35,080 bases of DNA from an uncultured Nitrosopumilales archaeon (GCA_964644785.1 CAZXXP010000004.1:1-35080), one strand, 5' to 3'. Positions 7,772 to 17,229 are shown, counted from the first letter of the stretch. Notes: a model not told the origin generated them from the letters alone. Translations and numbers: made by a program.

Positions 7772-9444
7772 TAAGTATGGCCCAGCTCATTCATATCGAA
7801 AAGCCGATTGAGATCAGCAAGAATAAGAATTTCATCAGGCAGACGCAGAGTGTATGTCCTGACTGCTTGAAGATTCTCCCTACCAACGTCTTCGAAAGAG
7901 ACGGCAAGGTCTTTATGAGCAAGGTATGCCCGAAGCACGGCGAAACTGAAGAACTGTATTTTGGTTCTTATGATATGTACAAAAAATTCAGCACTTATTG
8001 GTTTGACGGAAAGGGAACTCATGCACCAAACGTTCCATTAGAGAAATGCGCCTGCCCTACAAACTGTGGCTTATGTTCTAACCATCTTTCTCATACCGGC
8101 CTCGGCAACATGATTATTACTAATAGATGTGACCTGACATGCTGGTACTGCTTCTTCTATGTCAAGAAGGGCCTTGAGGGTGCCTATGTGTACGAGCCAA
8201 CGATGGAGCAGATGACAGCTATGGTTAGGACTCTGAGGGCTCAGAGACCTGTGCCAGGCAACTCACTTCAGATTACTGGAGGAGAGCCGACCTTAAGGGA
8301 CGACCTGCCTGAAATTGTAAGAATGATAAAGCGGGAAGGAATAAACCATGTTCAGCTTAATACGAATGGAATTAATATTGCACTTAACTCCGAACTTGCA
8401 TCAAAACTCCACGATGCTGGAGTAAGCAACCTATATCTCAGCTTTGACGGTGTTACGCCAAAAACAAACCCGAAGAACCACTGGGAGGCCCCATATACTA
8501 TCGAGGGTTGCAGGAAGGCTCGCCTCGGAGTCGTCCTTGTCCCCACAGTTATCAAGAGCATCAATGACCACGAACTTGGAGACATTCTCAGGTTTGGACA
8601 GAGTAATATTGATACAGTTAGAGCGATTAGTTATCAGCCAGTTTCTCTGACGGGCAGGATGTCAAAGAAGGAGAGGGAGAAGTACAGAATTACTATTCCT
8701 GATTGCATTGAGAGGGTCGAAGAACAGACTAATGGAGAAGTTACCAAGGAAGACTGGTTCCCAGTTCCAAGCTGCTCGCCTGTGACACACTTTGTCGAAG
8801 CATTCACAAAGAAGCCTCAATACGAATTGTCAATACACTTCGCCTGTGGTGCAGGAACATATGTCTTTGCTGACAATGACACTAAGAAGCTTGTCCCGAT
8901 TACAAAATTCGTTGACATAAGGGGCATGTTGGAATTCCTTGAAGAGAAGACAGAAGAGCTGGAGTCTGGCACAAACCGCTATCTAATAGCGGCAAAGTTC
9001 CTCTCGAAGATCAACAGCTTCGTCAACAAGGAGAAGCAGCCAAAAGGCCTGAGCCTTGCAAAGCTTCTAACAGCAGCTCTATTGAAGCATGATTATTCGT
9101 CAGTCGGGCAGTTCCACATGAACAGCATCTTCTTGGGCATGATGCACTTCCAAGACAAGTACAACCAAGACGAGGAGAGGCTGCAGAGATGCGACATTCA
9201 CTATGTAACTCCAGACTTGAGAATAATCCCATTCTGCTCATTCAATGTCATACCAGAGTGGTACAGGGACAGGATTCAGCAGAAATATGGAATGCCAATA
9301 GAGGAATGGGAGAAGAAGACAGGAGAGAAGCTGGAGCAGAGATTATACAGAGGAACCCTGAGGAGAAACATACAGAAGCACGAAATGAACGAGATGGGTT
9401 GTGCCACACAGGCAGCCCACATAGAGCCCATAACGGGCACCTAA
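7768..9444 (+). CDS. Radical SAM enzyme with N-terminal Cys-rich zinc/rubredoxin-like region; possible tetraether lipid synthase (Tes / GDGT-MAS) family
   Basis: CDLTCWYC (CxxxCxxC, nt ~8128-8151), preceded by CPDC...CPKHG and CACPTNCGLCSNH Cys clusters. GGEPTLR is the SAM-binding motif. At about 555 aa, the size and N-terminal architecture match my recollection of COG1964/Tes-type proteins. The probable start is ATG 7777; track start 7768 is GTG. Confidence 0.75.
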   Translation: MVSMAQLIHIEKPIEISKNKNFIRQTQSVCPDCLKILPTNVFERDGKVFMSKVCPKHGETEELYFGSYDMYKKFSTYWFDGKGTHAPNVPLEKCACPTNCGLCSNHLSHTGLGNMIITNRCDLTCWYCFFYVKKGLEGAYVYEPTMEQMTAMVRTLRAQRPVPGNSLQITGGEPTLRDDLPEIVRMIKREGINHVQLNTNGINIALNSELASKLHDAGVSNLYLSFDGVTPKTNPKNHWEAPYTIEGCRKARLGVVLVPTVIKSINDHELGDILRFGQSNIDTVRAISYQPVSLTGRMSKKEREKYRITIPDCIERVEEQTNGEVTKEDWFPVPSCSPVTHFVEAFTKKPQYELSIHFACGAGTYVFADNDTKKLVPITKFVDIRGMLEFLEEKTEELESGTNRYLIAAKFLSKINSFVNKEKQPKGLSLAKLLTAALLKHDYSSVGQFHMNSIFLGMMHFQDKYNQDEERLQRCDIHYVTPDLRIIPFCSFNVIPEWYRDRIQQKYGMPIEEWEKKTGEKLEQRLYRGTLRRNIQKHEMNEMGCATQAAHIEPITGT

Positions 9445-9470
9445 TTTTCTTTCTTGACGGTTAACGCCTC

Positions 9471-10034
9471 ATGGAGCGCAAGTTTGAACCTCTAAAGGGT
9501 TTAGAGAAGCTCTACATCAAAGGAATTTCTCTTACTCCCTCCAGTACTTCTGTAAGGCTCGACGAAACTCTTGACCTTACGGTAAGGTTTTCTCTTGTTG
9601 GAGGAGCTAGGAACGTCTTTAATCGGGAAATCTGGCTTAGATCGTACGAAAACTCGGACAGGCTGTATAGGATGACATACGATGTCCGGATAAAGAAGAG
9701 CGGCGTCATTTCGAAAGAACTTGTCGCTCAGAAATTTGTCAGAAAGGCAACGTTTTACTGGACGCGTAACCCTGATTTGAATCCCGACTACAGCAAGAAG
9801 GTCTGGGTAATGATAATACTGGAAGGGAGAGAGTCAACTATACCCAAGGATGAGGATGACAGCAGAACAATGTTGTTCGATCTTGAGAGAACCTTCCGTA
9901 TCCTAGGTTCAGATCTGGGGAAAGGAAGACATGCTCTGAAGGCATATGCAAAGGCGAGCTGGGGAAGGCACATATTTGGGGAGAAGGGAAGTACGAAGAA
10001 GGTTTCTCCTCCAATAACGGTAACATGTAAGTAA
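9471..10034 (+). CDS. Hypothetical protein (187 aa)
   Basis: ATG ORF 26 nt after the radical SAM gene and 1 nt before the next gene. Composition is beta-rich with no recognisable motifs. Confidence 0.45.
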   Translation: MERKFEPLKGLEKLYIKGISLTPSSTSVRLDETLDLTVRFSLVGGARNVFNREIWLRSYENSDRLYRMTYDVRIKKSGVISKELVAQKFVRKATFYWTRNPDLNPDYSKKVWVMIILEGRESTIPKDEDDSRTMLFDLERTFRILGSDLGKGRHALKAYAKASWGRHIFGEKGSTKKVSPPITVTCK

Positions 10035-10035
10035 A

Positions 10036-10347
10036 ATGACAAGCGGGAGAAAAAACAGAACAAAGGTTGACATGACTTACAGCATACTATCTAGTGCAAA
10101 GAATGGAGCCCTTAAGACTCATCTTATGAGGCAAGCAAATTTGAATTCTATGCAGATCACAAAAATACTTGACACACTCTTAAGCAACGGCCTAATTTAC
10201 GTGGCAAACGACAAAAACTATTCCCTATACCAGACTACTTCTACTGGAGAGCAGTTCATCGCAAGTTACGAGGATCTATTGAGGTTGATGGGTCAGTCAG
10301 AAGGCAATACAAGACGGATAGAGCTACGTCAGAAGTCTGTCAGGTGA
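10036..10347 (+). CDS. Small winged-helix DNA-binding protein (HTH_45-like)
   Basis: ILSSAKNGALKTHLMRQANLNSMQITKILDTLLSNGLI matches the pattern of about 100-aa archaeal wHTH proteins. Confidence 0.5.
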   Translation: MTSGRKNRTKVDMTYSILSSAKNGALKTHLMRQANLNSMQITKILDTLLSNGLIYVANDKNYSLYQTTSTGEQFIASYEDLLRLMGQSEGNTRRIELRQKSVR

Positions 10348-11340
10348 TTTCTTGGCATCCTTGATCTCTCTGGCAATTCTCCTTCCCATGCTCATAGGCT
10401 CATCGTAAATCAGGCTAGTGTATGGAGAGCCTGCGATGTACAGGTTGGTCCCCGCAACTATTCTTGCTGAATATTCAAACGTAACAAACTCTGCATCCTC
10501 ATTGTAAATACCTTCGATACAGAAGGGGCCTATCATCCCGGGCGGGACATGCTTCTCTACAGCCTTGACGAATCTCTCGCCCATCTGATAAGCCTCTTCT
10601 AGTAGCGACTCTCTAAGCACTAGCGGGATGTTTCCAACTACAATGTAGGAAGGTAGCAACCCTTTCTGATGCACTGCAGGTATCCTCCCAATCCCGTCGA
10701 CCGTAGTCTCATACCTCCTGTCGATACCAAAGAACTCCAATTCCCGCTTCAATGGAGAGTAGAAGTACTGGAAGTATACTGGAACGCCTACAACATACTC
10801 CTGAATGAATATGGGTGTTTTTTTGTCGACGATGCCCTTCTTCTGCAGCTCTTTCAAATTCTTCCAGTACGACTTTTCATCGTTTGCAAGGAAATAACCT
10901 AAACCTCCTTTGGCTCCAGGCAGTTTAGCGATAACCAAACTGTCAATCTTGTCTGGCGTTGAAAATGTCTTTGGAGAACGTAATTTGGCCGCTCTAGTAA
11001 GCTTCTCCTTCAGTTCCCTGTCGGCTTCCCAGCGGAGCATGTTCCTATTGCCGAATATCGGGACATCCAATTCATTTTCAATCTTCTCGATCCCAACTTC
11101 AGAAATCAATGTGCCATGAGGAATTATTATCGAGTTCCTTTTTTTTAGAAATGTAATATTCTTTGGTTCCGTAATGTCTGCAAACTTGTCCAAAACAAGA
11201 TAGTCATCTATGAACTTGAACCTTCTGTAGAATTTCTCCCTCCTCTTCTGGGTTACAACTAGAGTCCTGAAACCTTCGTCCTTTGCACCCTTCAGAACCT
11301 GCAGTGCACAGTGAGAGCCCAATGTCGCGATTGCAACCAT
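10324..11340 (-). CDS. purP: 5-formaminoimidazole-4-carboxamide ribonucleotide (FAICAR) synthetase PurP, paralog 2
   Basis: IATLGSHCALQVLKGAKDEGFRT and PIFGNRNMLRWE motifs, followed by an ATP-grasp-like C-terminal half typical of archaeal PurP. Confidence 0.8.
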   Translation of the reverse strand: MVAIATLGSHCALQVLKGAKDEGFRTLVVTQKRREKFYRRFKFIDDYLVLDKFADITEPKNITFLKKRNSIIIPHGTLISEVGIEKIENELDVPIFGNRNMLRWEADRELKEKLTRAAKLRSPKTFSTPDKIDSLVIAKLPGAKGGLGYFLANDEKSYWKNLKELQKKGIVDKKTPIFIQEYVVGVPVYFQYFYSPLKRELEFFGIDRRYETTVDGIGRIPAVHQKGLLPSYIVVGNIPLVLRESLLEEAYQMGERFVKAVEKHVPPGMIGPFCIEGIYNEDAEFVTFEYSARIVAGTNLYIAGSPYTSLIYDEPMSMGRRIAREIKDAKKSPDRLLT

Positions 11341-12447
11341 CTACGTCACCAGTTCACCGAGCCTCTTCTGATTTATGCCAGCTTTAACCTCCATTGCAAT
11401 CCTCCTACCTGTACCAATAGTCTCTCCATAGTAGTACTTGCTGTAAGGACTCGTCGTTGTAAGTATCGGGCTTCCAGGCACTCTTGGAGAGACGTCGAAT
11501 ACAACAATGTCAAGGTCAACTGTAACGACGCTCTGCAGTGCAAACGGCCCCATCGGACCCGGAGGGTATTCCTTCTTGACCGCTTTTGAAAACTTCTCTC
11601 CGATTTCAAAGACTTTTTCTAGCATAGACTCTCTTATTGTTGCTCCCATGTGACCTATCTCTATGTTCCGCAGCTCAACATCAATTTCGAGCTGCTGCTT
11701 TGCTGGATAGGAAACGAAGTCGTTCAGGTTGGTCTGTAGCCTTCTGTCTATGCCCAAAAACTCCACTTCATCTTTTAACGGCGAATAGAAGTAGTTGAAG
11801 TTGAAGTAAGTGCCTATTACAAGTTCTTCTACTACAGCTTTTTCAAGGTCTGCCTCTGTGATAAGGTGCTCCTTGATCTTCTTTTGAGATTTCTTTTTGA
11901 AGTCTTCGTATGAGGTTGCAATGAAGAATGCCCTTTCTATCCTCCTCTTTGCTTCCTGCACCTTAACGATTACGGGCCTGTCAATGTCTTTCGGGTTCTT
12001 TATCCTTGCGGGGGTTCTTATGCCAGCCCTCTCCAAAAGATAGTATTGATTCCTTGGAGCTGTCCTCTCCTCGGCTCTGAGCAGTGCCCTGTTCCCGAAC
12101 ATGGGAACCCTGAAACTATTCTCTATAGAATCGTAGTCGACATAAGTCGAAAATGCTCTGTGGGGGACAAATATGACGTTTCTTTTTATCAAATCTTTTT
12201 GGATCGAATCATCAACAATCATCGAAAACTTTTCAAGCGTTATTACGTGGTCAACGATCCTCTTGAATGCTCTGTATGGTTTATCCCTCCCCTTCTGGCA
12301 GACAACAACAGTATTGAAACCTTCATCCTTCGCGCCGTCCACTATATCCAGTGCAGAATGGCTGCCCAGAGTACCTATGCTGACCTTCCTTGCGTCATAT
12401 TCTTTAACAATCTGCTGAATCTCTTTTCTTGGTATCAAATGACACAT
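11341..12447 (-). CDS. purP: FAICAR synthetase PurP, paralog 1
   Basis: IGTLGSHSALDIVDGAKDEGFNT and PMFGNRALLRAEER. Its stop codon directly abuts the start of the downstream paralog. Confidence 0.8.
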   Translation of the reverse strand: MCHLIPRKEIQQIVKEYDARKVSIGTLGSHSALDIVDGAKDEGFNTVVVCQKGRDKPYRAFKRIVDHVITLEKFSMIVDDSIQKDLIKRNVIFVPHRAFSTYVDYDSIENSFRVPMFGNRALLRAEERTAPRNQYYLLERAGIRTPARIKNPKDIDRPVIVKVQEAKRRIERAFFIATSYEDFKKKSQKKIKEHLITEADLEKAVVEELVIGTYFNFNYFYSPLKDEVEFLGIDRRLQTNLNDFVSYPAKQQLEIDVELRNIEIGHMGATIRESMLEKVFEIGEKFSKAVKKEYPPGPMGPFALQSVVTVDLDIVVFDVSPRVPGSPILTTTSPYSKYYYGETIGTGRRIAMEVKAGINQKRLGELVT

Positions 12448-12541
12448 GTCTTCAAACCGCGCATCTTTAAGCTTCTTGCGTCTTTTCAGATCAAAACTTC
12501 AGCAGGGAAGAAACTGATATTGGAGTAGCTCTGGAAGTAGG

Positions 12542-13792
12542 TTGATGCACAAATTCGCCCACATGGCAGACATCCACCTTGGAGCTCATAGAGAACCAAT
12601 ACTGCAAAAGCTTGAAGCAGGCGCTTTTGGCGAAGCCATGGACAAGTGTATTGGACTTGGGGTAGATTTCATACTCATCTGCGGAGATTTCTTCCACGTT
12701 GGCATAGCAGACCTTTCAATTGTGAATGAGGCATTACTCAAGATAAGGCAGGTTCAGAAAGCGGGAATCCGGATTTACGTAATTTACGGGAGTCACGATT
12801 ACACACCGAACGGAACTTCGGTGATCGACATTCTCGACACTGCTGGAGTTCTGACCAAAGTCGCTAATTGGAGCGTTGCTGGCAACAAAGTGAAACTTGA
12901 CTTTTTCGAAGATGACAAGACAGGGGCCAAACTCACTGGAATTTCTGCAAGACAAATTGGCCTTGAAAGGAAATACTATGAGATACTCGATAGGAAGAAC
13001 CTCGAGAAAGAAAACGGGTTCAAGATCTTTGCGTTCCACAGTGCAATAACGGAGTTGAAGCCAGAATATCTCAGCGAAATGGAGTCCCTTCCGATCTCAT
13101 ATTTCCCGAGTGGCTTCGACTATTATGCTGGAGGGCACATTCATGAAAAAGGAGAGTTCAAACTTCCCAACTACGAGAAAATTGTATTTCCGGGCCCTTT
13201 GTTCACAGGCTATGGTAGGGATCTGGAATCCACTGCAAGAGGTGAGCAAAGAGGTTTCTATGTTGTAAGCTTCGATAGCAAAGTAAGGGATGTTGAGTTC
13301 CAAGTTGTAAAGAACTTTGAAGCAATTTATCAGGAATACGATGCTACAGGCAAGAACTCCTTGCAGGTAGACAAGGAGCTCAGGCGGTTAATTGACCTTG
13401 ATGTAAATGGAAAATTTGTCGTGCTAAGAGTCAGGGGAGAACTTGCTGGAGGGAAGATATCTGACATTAACTTCACCGAAATAAAATCTGCCCTTCTTGG
13501 GAGGGGAGCTCTATACTTACATCTGAATAGACGGGGCCTTACTTCAAGGGAATTTCCAAAATTTGTTGCAAGTGGCGATGAAGTCTCCATCATCGAACGC
13601 ATAATAATGAAGGAAAAAATTAACCAAGTAGACGTATCGCAACAAGTACTCAAAGATCCGTTAATAGCGATGGAAGTCCTTAGAATCCTCCGTGAGGAAA
13701 AGAAGACTAACGAATCGAAACATGATTATCAGAAAAGGCTGGTGCAAAGCACAATCGAAATTCTACGGCTGAAGGGGGTCCTTGAGGAGTGA
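12542..13792 (+). CDS. mre11: DNA double-strand-break repair nuclease Mre11
   Basis: Calcineurin-like phosphoesterase motifs in order: HMADIHLG, CGDFFH, YGSHD, GGHIH. The probable start is ATG 12545; track start 12542 is TTG. Its TGA stop overlaps the rad50 GTG start as GTGA. Confidence 0.85.
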   Translation: MMHKFAHMADIHLGAHREPILQKLEAGAFGEAMDKCIGLGVDFILICGDFFHVGIADLSIVNEALLKIRQVQKAGIRIYVIYGSHDYTPNGTSVIDILDTAGVLTKVANWSVAGNKVKLDFFEDDKTGAKLTGISARQIGLERKYYEILDRKNLEKENGFKIFAFHSAITELKPEYLSEMESLPISYFPSGFDYYAGGHIHEKGEFKLPNYEKIVFPGPLFTGYGRDLESTARGEQRGFYVVSFDSKVRDVEFQVVKNFEAIYQEYDATGKNSLQVDKELRRLIDLDVNGKFVVLRVRGELAGGKISDINFTEIKSALLGRGALYLHLNRRGLTSREFPKFVASGDEVSIIERIIMKEKINQVDVSQQVLKDPLIAMEVLRILREEKKTNESKHDYQKRLVQSTIEILRLKGVLEE

Positions 13793-15816
13793 TAATCAGA
13801 AACCTCAAACTTGAAAATATCAGAAGCTATGGTGAAGCGGAAGTAAGCTTTCCTCTAGGTAAAACCCTCTTTGAAGGCGACGTAGGTTCTGGCAAGTCAA
13901 CAATTCTGATGGCCATCGAATTTGCCCTTTTTGGCCTAGGTTCTGAAAGGGGCGCTGCACTTTTGCGCACTGGAGCTTCTAAGGGAAAGGTAATTTTGGT
14001 CTTCGAAGTTGATGACAATGAATACAGCATTGAACGCAGCCTTGTCAGAAAAGGAGGAGTGATTAAACAAATCGAGGGGAGAATCATATCTCCAAATGGC
14101 GAAGTCATGGACTGTTCTCCTACCGACCTAAAAGAGAAGGTTCTCAAAATACTGAACTTCAACGAACCGCCTAGTCCCACAGCCGGGAGCTTCATCTACC
14201 GCTACGCAATATTTACTCCTCAAGAAATGATGAAAGACGTTCTGTTCTTGGATGTTGACGGGAGATCCCAAACATTGAGAAAGGCGTTCAGAATAGAGGA
14301 CTACAAAATAGCAAGTGAAAATGCTGGTATTCTGGCAAGTAAGATCAAAGATAAAACCATATGGATAGAAGCGCAGTACTCGAACCTCGCAGAGCTTCTT
14401 GTCCGTGTTGATGAAAAAGGTAAAGAGATTAGCGGGGCAGAAAAATCCCTCGCAGAATTCAACGCTTCGAAAAATGACATAACAAACGATCTGAAAGAAT
14501 TCGAAGACGGAAAAAAGTCTCTTCACAACGACCAGGCGAAACTGAACAAGTACGAAGGCGAACTGATGCCACTGCGAAAGTCAATTAATGAGAAAAAACA
14601 GCAGATGATTGAAGATCAGGACGAAATGAAGCTTACAGAAAATAAACTTGGTGGATTGCAGAGCAAGATGAAAGAGCTTGAATTAGAAAACCCTGCAGAA
14701 AGAACATCTAAAGAAATAGAAGAGGAAATTGGGGATTTAAGAGAAAGAAGGGAGAAACTTCTGCCCATAAAGGCAGAGATAGCCTTGAAGAAGTATGACT
14801 ACGGTTCAATCTTAAAGAGTGGCAAATGCCCCACCTGCGACAGGCCTATAGTATCAGGCAAGTTTGCAGACGAAGTTAGGCGGAAGGAGATTGAAGAGGG
14901 GCATGTACAGCAAGAGCTTGACACTTGCAGAATAACGCTAAAAGAACTAAATGGATTGCTTGGGAAGAAACGGGATTACGAGGGGGCTCAGAAGTATTTG
15001 CGGCAGCATAAAGAGCGTATGAATGACTACGCATCAGAGATACGGAAACTCAACAATGGTATTACAGTTGCAAGTAAAGAAATTGAGAATGCAGAAAGCC
15101 GATTGCACGATCTTGAAAAGAGCCTCAAGGACCTCGAACCAGTTTCTGCAAAGCTAGAGGAATTAGATCGAAGAATTGTTGATACTAAAGAAAAACTAGA
15201 CAGCATAAAGCAAGAGATTACTGAAACAACAACAAAAATTCTCCTCTGGAAAAAAGATCTACAAGCCCTGCAGAAGCAAATTCAAGAGTGCAAAGAGCTG
15301 CAGAAACGTGCGGAAACCCTCAAGGAATACCGTATCTGGCTAGAAGATTATTTCGTACCATGTTTGGATGTAATAGAAAAACAAGCTCTGCTCAACATAA
15401 ACCAAGAGTTCAATGCAAGCTTCCAGAAATGGTTCGCCATGCTAATTGATGATACAGGTAAAGAAGCAAGAGTGGATGAAGCTTTCACACCCATAGTCCA
15501 GCAGGATGGCTACGAGCAGAACATCTACTATCTTAGCGGAGGAGAAAGGACCAGCGTTGCGCTTGCATACAGACTTGCACTGAATACTATTGTGCAGAAA
15601 GTTTCTGCTGGAATGAATTCCAATCTGTTAATCCTCGACGAACCAACCGACGGTTTCAGCAAAGAACAGCTTGCCAAGGTAAGGGATGTTCTCGACGAAA
15701 TTCAGAGCCCCCAGGTGATCATAGTCTCACATGAAAAGGAGCTCGAGAGCTTTGCAGACCAAGTCTTCAGAGTGACAAAAATTCAAGGAGAATCGAAGAT
15801 CTTGCCTGGACCCTAG
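13789..15816 (+). CDS. rad50: DNA repair ATPase Rad50 (short, 675 aa)
   Basis: Walker A GDVGSGKST, central zinc hook CPTCDRP, ABC signature LSGGERTSVALAYRLAL, Walker B LLILDEPTDG, H-loop VSHE. Coiled-coil composition lies between the ATPase halves. Confidence 0.9.
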   Translation: MIIRNLKLENIRSYGEAEVSFPLGKTLFEGDVGSGKSTILMAIEFALFGLGSERGAALLRTGASKGKVILVFEVDDNEYSIERSLVRKGGVIKQIEGRIISPNGEVMDCSPTDLKEKVLKILNFNEPPSPTAGSFIYRYAIFTPQEMMKDVLFLDVDGRSQTLRKAFRIEDYKIASENAGILASKIKDKTIWIEAQYSNLAELLVRVDEKGKEISGAEKSLAEFNASKNDITNDLKEFEDGKKSLHNDQAKLNKYEGELMPLRKSINEKKQQMIEDQDEMKLTENKLGGLQSKMKELELENPAERTSKEIEEEIGDLRERREKLLPIKAEIALKKYDYGSILKSGKCPTCDRPIVSGKFADEVRRKEIEEGHVQQELDTCRITLKELNGLLGKKRDYEGAQKYLRQHKERMNDYASEIRKLNNGITVASKEIENAESRLHDLEKSLKDLEPVSAKLEELDRRIVDTKEKLDSIKQEITETTTKILLWKKDLQALQKQIQECKELQKRAETLKEYRIWLEDYFVPCLDVIEKQALLNINQEFNASFQKWFAMLIDDTGKEARVDEAFTPIVQQDGYEQNIYYLSGGERTSVALAYRLALNTIVQKVSAGMNSNLLILDEPTDGFSKEQLAKVRDVLDEIQSPQVIIVSHEKELESFADQVFRVTKIQGESKILPGP

Positions 15817-16208
15817 TGTACGGGATCTACGGCTGTTGAAGGGGCTGGCGGAATCTTCTTCAGCCAATCTACCAGTTCGCGCTCTTCTTTATCAATGGAG
15901 TTATCAATAACTGGCACGATTACATTCTCCTCAGAAGTGTTTACAGTAATCTTGAAATGAGGCATGTCCGCATATTCAACTTCGACCCATATTTTACCAT
16001 CGGCAAATTCCTTGGCGAATGTTTCAGACATAACCGATGCGGCGGGGTATATGGTTCTGTACACTATCCCACTTATCCACTTCAGGTGTGCAGGCTGCAT
16101 GGGACCTGCTTCTATTACCGCTCGTCTTGCCAGCTCCCCTGCATTGCGGAATCTTATGTGCCTATACACTATGAATTCTTTGAGTGGTTTGCTGATAATT
16201 TGTACCAT
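15813..16208 (-). CDS. Hypothetical protein (131 aa)
   Basis: ATG ORF convergent with rad50 (4-nt overlap). No recognisable motifs. Confidence 0.4.
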   Translation of the reverse strand: MVQIISKPLKEFIVYRHIRFRNAGELARRAVIEAGPMQPAHLKWISGIVYRTIYPAASVMSETFAKEFADGKIWVEVEYADMPHFKITVNTSEENVIVPVIDNSIDKEERELVDWLKKIPPAPSTAVDPVH

Positions 16209-16254
16209 GTCCGCCAGTCTTTCATGCGCAGTGTAGATAAACCCGATAGATGAC

Positions 16255-17115
16255 TCAGAACCATTTTTTCTTGCGAAAGATCAACAATATTGTTACTGAA
16301 ATAGATATCTGACCCAAAACTACTACAGGATATGCCCAAGGAATATCCAGTTCCGGCATGAAACGGAAATTCATGCCGAAATGACCCGCAATTATGTTCG
16401 GAACCATGAGAACTACTGTAATAGCGGTCAATCTCTTGACCACGTCGCTAAGAACTTCGACTCTTTGGTTTAATTGTCGCGTAACCCTCATTTCATATCC
16501 AAAAGCCAAGTCTTTCAGCATACCTATTCGCATCCTTGCCCTGTCGAACAGGTTGTTAACCTCTGCAAGTAGGATGGAATAGTCAAAGGGAGCTATATTG
16601 GTCTCTATCTGCGGTATGCCTCTCTCCTCGAGCTTCAGCATAAGGTCAGATAGGTCTTCTAACCTGTCATAATACTCTTGATATTGTCGTGTTAACTCTC
16701 TATGAACATTTTCGTCAAAGTTAACCTCCAGCGACTTGTAACTCTCCACAAGTCTGTCTCTCTTTTTCTTGAACGACTCAACAACCTGTGTTAGAAGTAG
16801 GAGCCCTATGACTGTAGTTAGCCCATGTGGTTTTGCAAGCACATCTTCGTAGCTCTCCAGCTCTTCATGTAATATAAGTTTGCAGGAATATACCACAGTC
16901 GTCTTTTTGAAGAAAATCATGATCTTACTGGGCTCGTCCTCATAATCAACTAACTTCATGATCAAGCCTTCGGGCAATTCTTTGACGTAATTACCTGTAA
17001 ATGTGAGCAGAGCTCCCACATCCACATCCAAATCTCTCTTCTTGACTTCTTGGTTGAACTTGTTGAGATCTGTAAATACTAGACTCTCAATTTCGATTGC
17101 CGCGCTCGTAGACAT
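16255..17115 (-). CDS. corA: CorA-family magnesium/cobalt transporter
   Basis: The C-terminal part reads ...VLMVPNIIAGHFGMNFRFMPEL... with the diagnostic GMN motif between two TM helices. Upstream is an acidic or coiled cytoplasmic domain. Confidence 0.85.
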   Translation of the reverse strand: MSTSAAIEIESLVFTDLNKFNQEVKKRDLDVDVGALLTFTGNYVKELPEGLIMKLVDYEDEPSKIMIFFKKTTVVYSCKLILHEELESYEDVLAKPHGLTTVIGLLLLTQVVESFKKKRDRLVESYKSLEVNFDENVHRELTRQYQEYYDRLEDLSDLMLKLEERGIPQIETNIAPFDYSILLAEVNNLFDRARMRIGMLKDLAFGYEMRVTRQLNQRVEVLSDVVKRLTAITVVLMVPNIIAGHFGMNFRFMPELDIPWAYPVVVLGQISISVTILLIFRKKKWF

Positions 17116-17229
17116 CGCACTCCTTTTGACTCATTGAGCAACCTTATGCTCATAGGGAGCAACTAAATTGGTGAATATACGTTTTGCTATAGTCATCTAT
17201 ATTTGCATGCAAAATAATAGAATCGCAGA

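Noticed and set aside
7762-8022. 86-aa minus-strand ORF spanning the trmB / radical-SAM intergenic region.
   Set aside because: It overlaps the radical SAM N-terminus in antisense and the putative promoter. It has no motifs and a less plausible start.
12046-12528. 160-aa plus-strand ORF.
   Set aside because: It is antisense to purP paralog 1, which has strong family motifs. It is a shadow ORF.
12542-15816. Mre11/Rad50-like pair as an SbcCD-type or defence-system nuclease rather than the housekeeping repair complex.
   Set aside because: The zinc hook, motif order, GTGA coupling and archaeal housekeeping context fit bona fide Mre11-Rad50. No defence-type partner genes are adjacent.
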